A stretch of 14,373 nucleotides of DNA from Verrucomicrobiota bacterium (GCA_039798785.1 JBDKFG010000093.1:1-14373), one strand, 5' to 3'; counted from the stretch's first letter, positions 1 through 8,040 are shown. Made by a program: numbers and translations. Notes: a model not told the origin generated them from the letters alone.

Positions 1-70
1 AGATTCAAAATTCAAGATTCAACAGAACGCGAACAAAATCAAAGATTTAACATTCAAGACTGAAGGCTGA
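1..70. repeat. Degenerate 7-bp tandem repeat tract (consensus about AGATTCA), truncated by the window edge
   Basis: Units in a constant 7-nt register from position 1: agattca aaattca agattca acagaac gcgaaca aaatcaa agattta acattca agactga aggctga. Confidence 0.6.
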
Positions 71-123
71 CTCACAGCTTCAACTTCGGAATCGAGGCTG
101 AAGCATCTTTTGCCTGAACCCAG

Positions 124-150
124 GCGCCGCCCGTGACGGGCGGCGCTTTT
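124..150 (+). terminator. Intrinsic terminator hairpin (U-tract on + strand; the hairpin may also serve the convergent oxidoreductase gene)
   Basis: gcgccgcccg-tga-cgggcggcgc perfect 10-bp GC stem followed by tttt, just past the stop of 160..2049(-). Confidence 0.75.
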
Positions 151-159
151 CATCGCCGA

Positions 160-2049
160 TCAACGCGACAGGACGCCGCGGGCGATCTTCTCCTTCAGTT
201 CCGGCAGGGCCTGCTCGTAGACGCCGCGCGGCGACAGGCCGCGGCGCTTGGCGATGCCGGCGGCGAGGCCCAGCACTTCGCCCATCATCCCGCAGGTGCG
301 CATCACCCGCACCGCGCCAAGCGCTTCACCGTCGACGCTGATGTTGCGGCCGGCCATCCACAGGTTGCCGATGTTGCGCGAGTAGAGGGCGCGGTAGGGC
401 GCCCAGTAGGGGCCTTGGTAGCGATGCTCCTTGCCTTCGGTGGCGACGGAGATGAAGGGATCGCCGCCGCCGGCCTCGCGGTATTTCGGGTCGGCTCTAT
501 GCAGATCGAGGTGCCAGGTGCAGGGGAAAGCGGCGTCGTCGAATTTGCGGCCGCCGCGGAAGTCGGCGCCGGAGACCACCACGTCGCCGGTGAGGAGGCG
601 GGATTCGCGCTTGCCGGCGATGAAGGCGGCCCAGGCGAGCTCGCGCTCGGGGAAGGCGCCGTCGACGTTCTTGAGGGCGTCCCAGGCGCCGTACATGGCG
701 CGCAGGTTCTGGTCGCGCATCAGCTCCACCTCGTCGATGGGGTGGCGGTCGAAGCCGCTCTCCCAGAACCATTCGCCGAAGTTGGCCTCGCCGGGGCGCA
801 TCCATTGGCCGGTGGCCTTGCCGCGGCCAGGGAAGGGCAGCTTGGAGAGGTCCACCGCCCAGGGAGTGGTGCGGGGAAAGACCGAGACCCGGCCGGTGGC
901 GGCGGTCTCCCGGCCGAGATCGGCGGCCTTGTCCTTGCAGAGGCAGTCGATCTCCTGGTTCCACAGGTTGGAGACGCCCATGTGGCCCTGGGTCTTCATG
1001 GTGAACTCGGCGCCGGCGAGGAAGCCGACGCTGGCGTCGCCGGTGCAGTCGGCGAAATACGTGGCGGCGAAGCGCAGGCGGCGGCCGCTGCGGGTGTTCT
1101 CGGCGATCACGGCGCGCAGCTGGCGGCCGGGCTCGGCCTCGACGGCGTTGACGCGATACTCGGTGAAGAGGCTCAGGCCGGGCTGGGCGCGGACCAGGTC
1201 GAGGCGGCGCAGGTCTTCCGCTTGCGGCGCCAGGCCGCGGCCGGGCCAGGCGTTCTTGCGGCGGTCGCCGTCGAACTCGGCCACCAGATTGCCGATCGCC
1301 GGCCAGGGTTTCTGGTGCAAGAGCCCTTCGATCTTGACCCGCACTTCGCCGGAGCCGTTGCCGCCGAGCACCGGGCGATCCTGGATCAGGGCGACCTTGA
1401 GGCCCTCGCGGGCGGCGGCGACCGCGGCGCAGGAGCCGGCGATGCCGCCGCCGACCACCACCAGGTCGTAGCTGCCGCCGTCTTCGGGAGTCTCCGGCAG
1501 GCCGCGGAGCTGGCGGCGCCAGGACGCGGCGGCGGGCCCGGCCTCGGGCGGCGTCGCGGCGAGGTCAGGGGAGAAGAGCAGGGCGTCGCAACGGCCCTCG
1601 AAGCCGGTGAGGTCGTGCAAGACGACGCGGGTTTCGGCCTTGAGCTCGACGATGCCGCCGTCCTGCCAGTGCCACAAAGCGCCCTCGGTGCCGAATTCGA
1701 CCGGCACGGCCTGGCCGTCGAGCTTCACCTGGAAGCGCCCGGGCGTGCCCTTGGCGCCCCAGGGAGCCACCCAGTCCTTGGTCCGCACCCAGAGGCGGTA
1801 GCGTCCGGGCCGGGCCTGGAGAAGGGTGCTGGCGTCGGCCACCGGCTTGCCGAGGCCGTGGGCGAGAAGGTAGGGCGAGCCCATCTGGTCCATGAACTGC
1901 TGGTCGTGGGCCCAGCCGCCGTGCTCGGCGAAGGCCTCGGCCTCGAGGAGGAGCGGGCACGGCGCTTCCGTCGCGGCAGGTTGGCTGGTGCAGGCGGCGA
2001 GGCCGGCGAGAAGAAAGGCGAAAGCAAAAGCATAAGGATTCAATTTCAT
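160..2049 (-). CDS. FAD-dependent oxidoreductase (PF12831-like), probable lipoprotein, 629 aa
   Basis: Signal peptide with lipobox-like LAAC; Rossmann motif YDLVVVGGGIAG; IQDRPVLGGNGSGE, FADCTGD, GKRESR, PYRALYSRNIGNLWMAGRNIS and RVMRTCGMMGE motifs typical of this family. Confidence 0.88.
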   Translation of the reverse strand: MKLNPYAFAFAFLLAGLAACTSQPAATEAPCPLLLEAEAFAEHGGWAHDQQFMDQMGSPYLLAHGLGKPVADASTLLQARPGRYRLWVRTKDWVAPWGAKGTPGRFQVKLDGQAVPVEFGTEGALWHWQDGGIVELKAETRVVLHDLTGFEGRCDALLFSPDLAATPPEAGPAAASWRRQLRGLPETPEDGGSYDLVVVGGGIAGSCAAVAAAREGLKVALIQDRPVLGGNGSGEVRVKIEGLLHQKPWPAIGNLVAEFDGDRRKNAWPGRGLAPQAEDLRRLDLVRAQPGLSLFTEYRVNAVEAEPGRQLRAVIAENTRSGRRLRFAATYFADCTGDASVGFLAGAEFTMKTQGHMGVSNLWNQEIDCLCKDKAADLGRETAATGRVSVFPRTTPWAVDLSKLPFPGRGKATGQWMRPGEANFGEWFWESGFDRHPIDEVELMRDQNLRAMYGAWDALKNVDGAFPERELAWAAFIAGKRESRLLTGDVVVSGADFRGGRKFDDAAFPCTWHLDLHRADPKYREAGGGDPFISVATEGKEHRYQGPYWAPYRALYSRNIGNLWMAGRNISVDGEALGAVRVMRTCGMMGEVLGLAAGIAKRRGLSPRGVYEQALPELKEKIARGVLSR

Positions 2050-2112
2050 GTTGCCACTTTTAATTTTTGATATTGAATTTCATTGTCCCGCATCCGTATG
2101 CGGCTTTGGGAT

Positions 2113-2805
2113 TTACAGATTGATGTCGAAATTCGCCTTGGCTGAAGCGACATTGCGGCCTTCGCCATTTTGAAAGGTGTGGATGAAGCCCGAGCCGTCG
2201 ACTCGAACGATGGGATAGGTCGGGCTTGCTTTTCTGCCGTGCGTCATCCGCCAATAAGATTTGTAAGAAGTGCCGGTGGCAAAGGCCATGGTGCCAATCT
2301 CCATTCCCAAAATGGTCCGGCTCGGGTTTTTCACGGATGTCAATCTTAAACTCTTGAGACTCAACCAAGAGTCATTGGAGTTGCCCGCATACGAGCTGCC
2401 GACCTTGATGAAGGCATCTAGATCCTCCTCGTTGAGAGGACATTTCGCCACTGGGACAGAGGCTCCATTCGAGGTCGCTCCCAAGTAAGCATTCATCGGG
2501 CGATCCGTTACTTTCAGGCTGCTCCAGTCGCTTCCCGAACCTAATTGGCCAATCCAGCATCGGCCTTTTTGCAGGTCAGTCGTATTCAAAACATCGCCTG
2601 GATAGCGCTGTCGATTGGCATTCAAGAAAAGCACACTGCTGGTGTGAAACTGCTTCAGTTGTGAAACACAAATAGTATCTGTACCCGCTTTGCGGACACG
2701 GCTGAATCCGGCAAAGAGCAGAGACAGCAGAATGGTGATGATGACGATGACGACGAGCATCTCGAGCAGGGTGAAGCGGCGGGGGGCGAAGCTGGGACGG
2801 GGCAT
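2113..2805 (-). CDS. Prepilin-type N-terminal cleavage/methylation domain protein (PVC type II secretion pseudopilin-like, H-Xn-DG C-terminus), 230 aa
   Basis: RRFTLLEMLVVIVIITILLSLL N-methylation motif, followed by CVSQLKQ; C-terminal H...VRVDGS. Start moved from 2859 to the ATG at 2805 because an AGGAG SD precedes it. Confidence 0.85.
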   Translation of the reverse strand: MPRPSFAPRRFTLLEMLVVIVIITILLSLLFAGFSRVRKAGTDTICVSQLKQFHTSSVLFLNANRQRYPGDVLNTTDLQKGRCWIGQLGSGSDWSSLKVTDRPMNAYLGATSNGASVPVAKCPLNEEDLDAFIKVGSSYAGNSNDSWLSLKSLRLTSVKNPSRTILGMEIGTMAFATGTSYKSYWRMTHGRKASPTYPIVRVDGSGFIHTFQNGEGRNVASAKANFDINL

Positions 2806-2837
2806 CGGGAGACTCCTGGCGTTGTTGTGGGACCACC

Positions 2838-2872
2838 AAGAGCTAGAGAGGAACTTCATCGGATCTTACAGC
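2838..2872 (-). promoter_or_regulatory. Bipartite motif GCTGTAAGATC-N15-CTAGCTCTT, putative alternative-sigma promoter (copy 1)
   Basis: Both boxes and their spacing are identical to 7732..7766; lies 32 nt upstream of the prepilin ATG. Confidence 0.7.
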
Positions 2873-2873
2873 G

Positions 2874-2902
2874 TAATTATTTTTTGGGACAATAAATAAT
2901 TA
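2874..2902. promoter_or_regulatory. AT-rich near-perfect palindrome, possible regulator operator
   Basis: taattattt-tttgggacaat-aaataatta: 9-bp perfect arms extendable inward with one mismatch; abuts the upstream box of the putative promoter. Confidence 0.35.
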
Positions 2903-3036
2903 TCTGCATCCAGAAGTCTGAATCTAAGCCTGTCCGCAGCTTCGGAATCCGCGATCCAAGATTTATAAGAATGATGCAAAATAAATCTAGTGAATAGTTT
3001 GCATATAATTTGGCGACTTCGGATCAAGGTGCAGCC

Positions 3037-4266
3037 TCACCTCGCGGTCTTCACCGCTTCGTTCTTGTCGAGAGCTTCACCGGAGCCGCGGAGCTGGCGC
3101 CAGCCCTCGCGGTTGAGCGGCGGGTAGCCGTCCTTGTCGATCAGGGCGCCGAGGGCGGCGAATTCGCGGGCGACATCCTCGGGGATGGAGCCGTCGGGGC
3201 GGGGGCCGAAGTTGAGCAGCAGGTTGGCGTTGTGGCGGGCGGCGCCCTGGAGCATCCCGAACATCGTCGCGGCTGGCACGCAGGGGGAGGTGGGGGCCCA
3301 TTCCCAGGTGCCCTGGCTGGTCACCGCGATCTCGGCCTTCTTGAGGCGGTTCTTCTCCCAGGCGGCGTCGGCGAGGGCGCGGATGCGCTGGATCTCCGGG
3401 GACTTGCCGGGGTAGTGGTGGCTGATCGAGCTGAGCTCGCGTTCGCCGACGACGACATCCTCGCTGCCGGTGATGCCGGTCTTGTTGAGGATCAGGGCCT
3501 GCGGCTGGAGGCGGCGGATGTGGGCGTAGATCTCCTCGGTCTTGAAGAGCTCGGAGTTGGCGAGGACGCCGCCGAGGGGATCGAACCAGAAGCCGGCGAT
3601 GGGGCCGTAGTTGCTGCACAATTCGGTGAGCTGGGCGAGGCAGAACTGGCGGTAGCGCTCGAAGTGCTCGGGGGTCCAGGCGGCGTCCATGGCGCGGCCG
3701 TCGGCCGAATTGGGGCGGGCGTTGACGTAGAGGCGCCGGGGCAGGTAGTCGGGGTGGGTCCAGTCGATGCCGAAGGAGTAGTAGATGAAGAGCGGCATCT
3801 TCGCTTCGGCGCAGGCGGCGGCGAGCTCCTTGAGGAAGTCGCGGTGCGCCGGGTAGTCCATGCTGTCGAACTCGGTCGCCTTCGAGTCCCATAGGCAGAA
3901 GCCGTCGTGGTGCTTGGCGACGAAGGTGATGTAGTTCATGCCGCTCTTGCGGGCCAAGGCGACGATCGCCTGGGCGTCGAAGGCCTCGCCCTTGAACTTT
4001 CGCGCCAGCTCCTGGTATTCGGCGAGCGGAGTGTTGCGGTTGTACATCGTCCAGGCGGCGTGACGCGGACCCCAGACGCCCCAGTGGATGAACATCCCGA
4101 GGCGGGCCTCGTCATACCACTTCATCGCCGCGGCCTGCGGATCGCCGCCGCAGGCTTCGAGGTGGGGCGTGACCCAAGAGGCGCAGGGTTTTGCGGGCTC
4201 CGCAGCTTGGGTGCAGCCGAGGAGAAGGAGGGCGAGGAGGAGGGTGTATTTCATTCGGTTAGTCAT
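3037..4266 (-). CDS. Alpha-L-fucosidase family protein (GH29), probable lipoprotein
   Basis: WYDEARLGMFIHWG, KHHDGFCLWDS, QLTELCSNYG-x-x-x-x-FWFD (nucleophile Asp), LLLNFGPRPDG; signal peptide ending LLGC. The start may be the ATG at 4254. Confidence 0.9.
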   Translation of the reverse strand: MTNRMKYTLLLALLLLGCTQAAEPAKPCASWVTPHLEACGGDPQAAAMKWYDEARLGMFIHWGVWGPRHAAWTMYNRNTPLAEYQELARKFKGEAFDAQAIVALARKSGMNYITFVAKHHDGFCLWDSKATEFDSMDYPAHRDFLKELAAACAEAKMPLFIYYSFGIDWTHPDYLPRRLYVNARPNSADGRAMDAAWTPEHFERYRQFCLAQLTELCSNYGPIAGFWFDPLGGVLANSELFKTEEIYAHIRRLQPQALILNKTGITGSEDVVVGERELSSISHHYPGKSPEIQRIRALADAAWEKNRLKKAEIAVTSQGTWEWAPTSPCVPAATMFGMLQGAARHNANLLLNFGPRPDGSIPEDVAREFAALGALIDKDGYPPLNREGWRQLRGSGEALDKNEAVKTAR

Positions 4267-4280
4267 TGGGTTTTTCTGTG

Positions 4281-5084
4281 TTATAGAAATTTGTGAATCT
4301 GATCTTCGGTGTGATTTTTGTACCCAATAATGCTGATGAGATCTTTGTGTTCTTTAAGTAAGGACCAGGTTTTGAAGGGATTGCCCTTGAGATTGATACA
4401 CACAGGTGTGGAGAGAATCATGTTTTTCATTTCTTGAGATCCCCAGGATTCAGTCAGTAATTTCTTCAATAGAAACATAGTTTTTAGACCGCCTTCTGGA
4501 GTTTCTAAAAGCCATATACTACCTTCTGTCGGATACGGAAGATCAACTGGCGGGTGAACCAGATGTTCAGGGTTTCGGCTGTCCATTAAGGCGTCAATAA
4601 ATGAATCCGCCAAATAGAATGCGTCATCAAATGACAGGTTTCCACTTTCAATAAAAATGATTGGATACTCGCCATTTTTCGGCTCTTTTCTCATGTCAAA
4701 TGCATAAAACCACCCTCCACCATTTAAGGCAAATGGCAATGCTTCTGGCAAATACTTTGGGAATTCATAGGATATCATCATGTCTCTTGTGTCATGCGTT
4801 GAAAAAAATCCGAACTCTCTTTCTCCATTTACGAGGCAGCAACCAGAGTTTGACCATCTTAAAAAATTTAAAAATTGATGGGACAATGATTGATTTGGGA
4901 ATCGCCAAGTATCAATATTGAGATCGCATTGTATTTCTGGATGCTTTTTCCAGAATTCGGAAATCTCTTCACGCTCTTGTAAAGAAAGACTCTGTTTCAG
5001 ACTTGTAATGAAATTCAAAATCTCGTCTTCGCTAGCGCCATATCCGTGAGCTTGATCTTTGAAAATCTCTTCAAAAATATTCAT
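4281..5084 (-). CDS. SMI1/KNR4 (SUKH) family protein with C-terminal extension, 267 aa
   Basis: GASEDEI...FLNFLRWSNSG...ALPFALNGGGWFYAFDMR...GEYPII...LADSF SUKH-type pattern; GGAG SD; visibly AT-rich compared with its neighbours. Confidence 0.8.
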   Translation of the reverse strand: MNIFEEIFKDQAHGYGASEDEILNFITSLKQSLSLQEREEISEFWKKHPEIQCDLNIDTWRFPNQSLSHQFLNFLRWSNSGCCLVNGEREFGFFSTHDTRDMMISYEFPKYLPEALPFALNGGGWFYAFDMRKEPKNGEYPIIFIESGNLSFDDAFYLADSFIDALMDSRNPEHLVHPPVDLPYPTEGSIWLLETPEGGLKTMFLLKKLLTESWGSQEMKNMILSTPVCINLKGNPFKTWSLLKEHKDLISIIGYKNHTEDQIHKFL

Positions 5085-5141
5085 GAGGACTCCGAAGTGT
5101 TGGTGTGTCCATACGGTATTCGTTCATGATTATGAATCAAG

Positions 5142-5170
5142 GCTCCGGCGAACATCTCGGTCGCCGGAGC
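5142..5170 (-). terminator. Hairpin after the 839-aa gene, possible terminator or stabiliser
   Basis: gctccggcga-N9-tcgccggagc perfect 10-bp stem about 15 nt past the stop; the U-tract is weak. Confidence 0.5.
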
Positions 5171-5185
5171 ACCCAGCAAATCTCC

Positions 5186-7705
5186 TCAGCGATACGTGAA
5201 CCACGCCGTCGCCTTGGCATCCTTGTCGCTCACCACACGCACCCAGTGGGCGGCGAAGTCGGCGGGGAAGTCGTAGCTCAGTTCCTGACCGGCCTTGAGG
5301 GTGAAGGTCTGCACCTTCTTGAAGCCGCTGAGGAGGTCGAAGTCGGCCTCGAGGGTGATGGTGCAGTCCTGGTCGGCGACGAGCTTGAGGCTCTTCTTGT
5401 CGTAGCCGTTCATCAGGTAGGGATCGGAGGGAATGCCGGCCTTGACGGCGGAGTCCTTCCAGGGGCCGCCCTGGCCGACCGGTTTGCCGAGCTGCCAGAG
5501 CTCGTCGATGGCGCCGAGCCAGAGGGCGGTTTTGCCGTCGGCCGACTTGACCACGTGGTTGGAGGCGGGGGCGGCGGGGTTGACGCCGGAGAGGACGAGC
5601 AGGCCGCGCCAGGTGGCGTAGTCGATGATCTTCTTGTTGTGGGTGCAGACCGGTTTGATCTTGGTGTAGAGGGCGGGCTGGCCGACGATCCAGAAGGGGA
5701 CTTCGTAGAAGGTGCCGTGGATGTTGGCGAGCAGGCGTTCGGAGAGGACCTCGCGGTGGGCGCGGGGCTTGCCTTCGGCGAAGTCGCGGTCGTAGGCGGC
5801 AACGCCCTTGGGCAGGCGCAGGGTCTGGCCCTCCGACTTGAGGATCACCGAGGCGGCGTCGACGCTGAAGATCTGGTCGGGCTGGAGGAAGTCGCGCAGG
5901 GAGGTCTTGGGATCGGCGAGGCCTTGGTGATGGCCCCAGGTGGCGGAGCTGAGGACGGCGTCGGCCACCGTCTGCTCTTTTGCGGCGGCTTGGAACTCGA
6001 GGCTGAGCTCATTCAGCTCAAGCGCAGGCTGGCCCTGGCTGAGGACGCTCAAATGGCGGTTGATGCGGTTGGGGAAGAGGAGCGGGGCGCTGACCGGCTC
6101 GGCGCTGGCGGCCTCGGGCAAAGCGGCGAAGAGATCCGAAGCGGCGGCCGGGTGCTTGGCCTCGTTGCCAAGCACAAAGCCGACCGAGGCCTTGCAGGAG
6201 GTCGAGGATTTCACCCGGATCCACTGCGCTTGCGGCAGGCTGAGGGTGGCGCTGCCGCCGGCCTCGACTTCGACCTTGCCGGCCGAGGTCCATTGGCCGT
6301 CGCCCTTGAGGTCGATCTCGAGGTCGAAGCGGGTGGCTTTGTCGGCGCTGAAGTGGCCGAGGCGGCGGGAGAAGCCGTGGATCAGGAAGGGGGCGGAGAA
6401 CTCGTCGGCCTGGACCGCGTCGTCGGCCCAGATCGAGCCGGCGGCGGAGGTTTCGCCCCAGTTCTTGAGCTGCTCGTAGCTGCCGAACCAGAGGTTGGAC
6501 TGCGGCTGGCCGACCAGCGGGTTGCCTTGGATCGAGGCTTCATCGGAGGCGAGGACGATCTGGCCTTGCCACTGGCAGAAGTCGGGGATGTAGCGCAGGT
6601 GGCGGCCGATGGGGCTGAGGCCGCCGGTCTTGCCGGGGGCGAAGTCCTTGGGGAACTCGAAGAAGAGGCCGTGCATGTCCATCAGCAGCCTTTCCTGGCC
6701 GACGTCGCGGATGCGGGGCCACTCGGTGAACCAGCCGTGTTTGGCGTCGTTGTTGAGGCAGCCCTTGGGCAGGAGGAAGAGGTGGAACTGGCCGTCCTGG
6801 AGCACCTGCAGGCGGAGGGAGCGCTTGTCCCAGCCGATGGTCCACAGCGGCAATTTGTCGCCGGCGGCGGTGGGGGCGATGCCTTCGGGACCGGTGACCT
6901 CGGTGTACTGGCGGCGCTCGATCACCTGCCAGGTCTTGCCGTCCCAGGTGGCGAGGGCGCCGCGGTCTTCCGGGCCGGCGGGATCGAAGAGCTTGCGGTC
7001 GACCTGCCACTCTTTGGCGTCGTCGAGGCCGCCCTTGAAGCTGCCGGATTCGCCGTTGTTGGAGACCACCAGTTTCCCCTGGGCGGTGTAGGCGCCTTTG
7101 CCGTGGTAGCCGGGGATCGGGTCCTTGAAGAGCAGGGTGGGCTTGAGGCTGTGGACGTCGACCTCGTAGACCATGTCCTCCATGTCGACCATGATCACCT
7201 TGTTGGCGGGGTCGGTGAGGTGGCGGGCCCAGGCGGTGACGCGGCCGGGCATGTCCTTGATCGAGATGACGCGCAGCTCGCCCTGGTCGCTGATCGCGTA
7301 GTGACCGATGAAGAGCTGCCGGGTTTCGGCGTGGACCATGCGCCCGGCGGGGGTGCCGCCGACCGACTCGGAGCGCAGGATCATCTTCTTGTCTGTGTCG
7401 ATCTCGTAGAGCTTGTGCTGCGAGCCCTTGGGCATGTGCGGCGCGTAAGTGACCATCCACAGCTTGCCGGCCCAGGGGACGAGGCCGCCGATGCCGCATT
7501 CCTCGTGGCCTCGGGCCGAGAACATCCCATCGACTCGGCTTTGCGAGTAGGCGGTGAGGTGAGGGTAGACGCCGGAGATCTCGCGGCTGCCGGAGCTCGA
7601 GGTGATCTCCTCCTGGCCCTTGACCGTGCCGGTGCTGACGCTGGCGGCTTCGGCGGCGGCGAGCTGGAGGCTGAGGAAAAGCGAGGCGGAGGCGAGGAAG
7701 CGCAT
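5186..7705 (-). CDS. Secreted hypothetical protein, 839 aa, beta-rich (possibly propeller-containing)
   Basis: Long ORF with strong GC3 bias, signal peptide (MRFLASASLFLSLQLAAA), AGGAG SD; aromatic/Gly-rich. No function recognised. Confidence 0.85.
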   Translation of the reverse strand: MRFLASASLFLSLQLAAAEAASVSTGTVKGQEEITSSSGSREISGVYPHLTAYSQSRVDGMFSARGHEECGIGGLVPWAGKLWMVTYAPHMPKGSQHKLYEIDTDKKMILRSESVGGTPAGRMVHAETRQLFIGHYAISDQGELRVISIKDMPGRVTAWARHLTDPANKVIMVDMEDMVYEVDVHSLKPTLLFKDPIPGYHGKGAYTAQGKLVVSNNGESGSFKGGLDDAKEWQVDRKLFDPAGPEDRGALATWDGKTWQVIERRQYTEVTGPEGIAPTAAGDKLPLWTIGWDKRSLRLQVLQDGQFHLFLLPKGCLNNDAKHGWFTEWPRIRDVGQERLLMDMHGLFFEFPKDFAPGKTGGLSPIGRHLRYIPDFCQWQGQIVLASDEASIQGNPLVGQPQSNLWFGSYEQLKNWGETSAAGSIWADDAVQADEFSAPFLIHGFSRRLGHFSADKATRFDLEIDLKGDGQWTSAGKVEVEAGGSATLSLPQAQWIRVKSSTSCKASVGFVLGNEAKHPAAASDLFAALPEAASAEPVSAPLLFPNRINRHLSVLSQGQPALELNELSLEFQAAAKEQTVADAVLSSATWGHHQGLADPKTSLRDFLQPDQIFSVDAASVILKSEGQTLRLPKGVAAYDRDFAEGKPRAHREVLSERLLANIHGTFYEVPFWIVGQPALYTKIKPVCTHNKKIIDYATWRGLLVLSGVNPAAPASNHVVKSADGKTALWLGAIDELWQLGKPVGQGGPWKDSAVKAGIPSDPYLMNGYDKKSLKLVADQDCTITLEADFDLLSGFKKVQTFTLKAGQELSYDFPADFAAHWVRVVSDKDAKATAWFTYR

Positions 7706-7731
7706 GGGACTCTCCTGGGTTGCTGTTCAAG

Positions 7732-7766
7732 AAGAGCTAGGAGCGGGTTTCAGGAGATCTTACAGC
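7732..7766 (-). promoter_or_regulatory. Bipartite motif GCTGTAAGATC-N15-CTAGCTCTT, putative alternative-sigma promoter (copy 2)
   Basis: Identical boxes and spacing to 2838..2872; lies 26 nt upstream of the ATG at 7705. Confidence 0.7.
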
Positions 7767-7789
7767 CGGGCTTGCGATTTCCGACGTCT

Positions 7790-8035
7790 TTCTTGCGCGC
7801 AGCGCCGTTGAGCTCAGGCGCGCTCCCGCCGTCGTTCTTGCGCGCAGCGCCCTGGACTGCGGCAAGCATTGCCGCCTTGGTCTCAGGCGCGGAGCGCCGT
7901 TTGAGCTCAGACGTGGCTCCCTACGTCGCCGTTGAGCTCAGGCGCGGCTCCGCCGCCATTGAAGGCGGCAATCCTTGCCGCAGTCCAAGGCGCTGCGCGC
8001 AGAAGCTCAAAAGCCCAAGGCGCTCCGCGCAGAAG
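7790..8035. repeat. REP/REPIN-like nested inverted repeat cluster
   Basis: 40-bp inverted pair 7839..7878 and 7962..8001 (2 mismatches), each with an internal hairpin gcggcaa-N3-ttgccgc; partial outer copies at 7790..7806 and 8016..8035; directly upstream of a RAYT gene. Confidence 0.85.
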
Positions 8036-8040
8036 GAAAT

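Noticed and set aside
133..2070. 645-aa + strand ORF (and similar 3010..3894, 431..1471, 6540..7730, 8646..9680)
   Set aside because: Shadow or alternate frames of well-supported genes, explained by high GC3; no recognisable motifs.
2964..2990. Third, + strand copy of the promoter motif (TATAAGAAT...CTAG)
   Set aside because: The match is poor, the spacing is 1 nt shorter, the context is AT-rich, and it points at no + strand gene.
4255..5140. SMI1/KNR4 gene as an integron cassette (stop falls in TAAC)
   Set aside because: No matching GTTRRRY box or attC-like palindrome follows the stop, and no integrase is in the window.
7790..8035. Possible CRISPR array
   Set aside because: Repeats are inverted or nested with irregular spacing, there are no unique constant-length spacers and no cas genes; a RAYT is adjacent.
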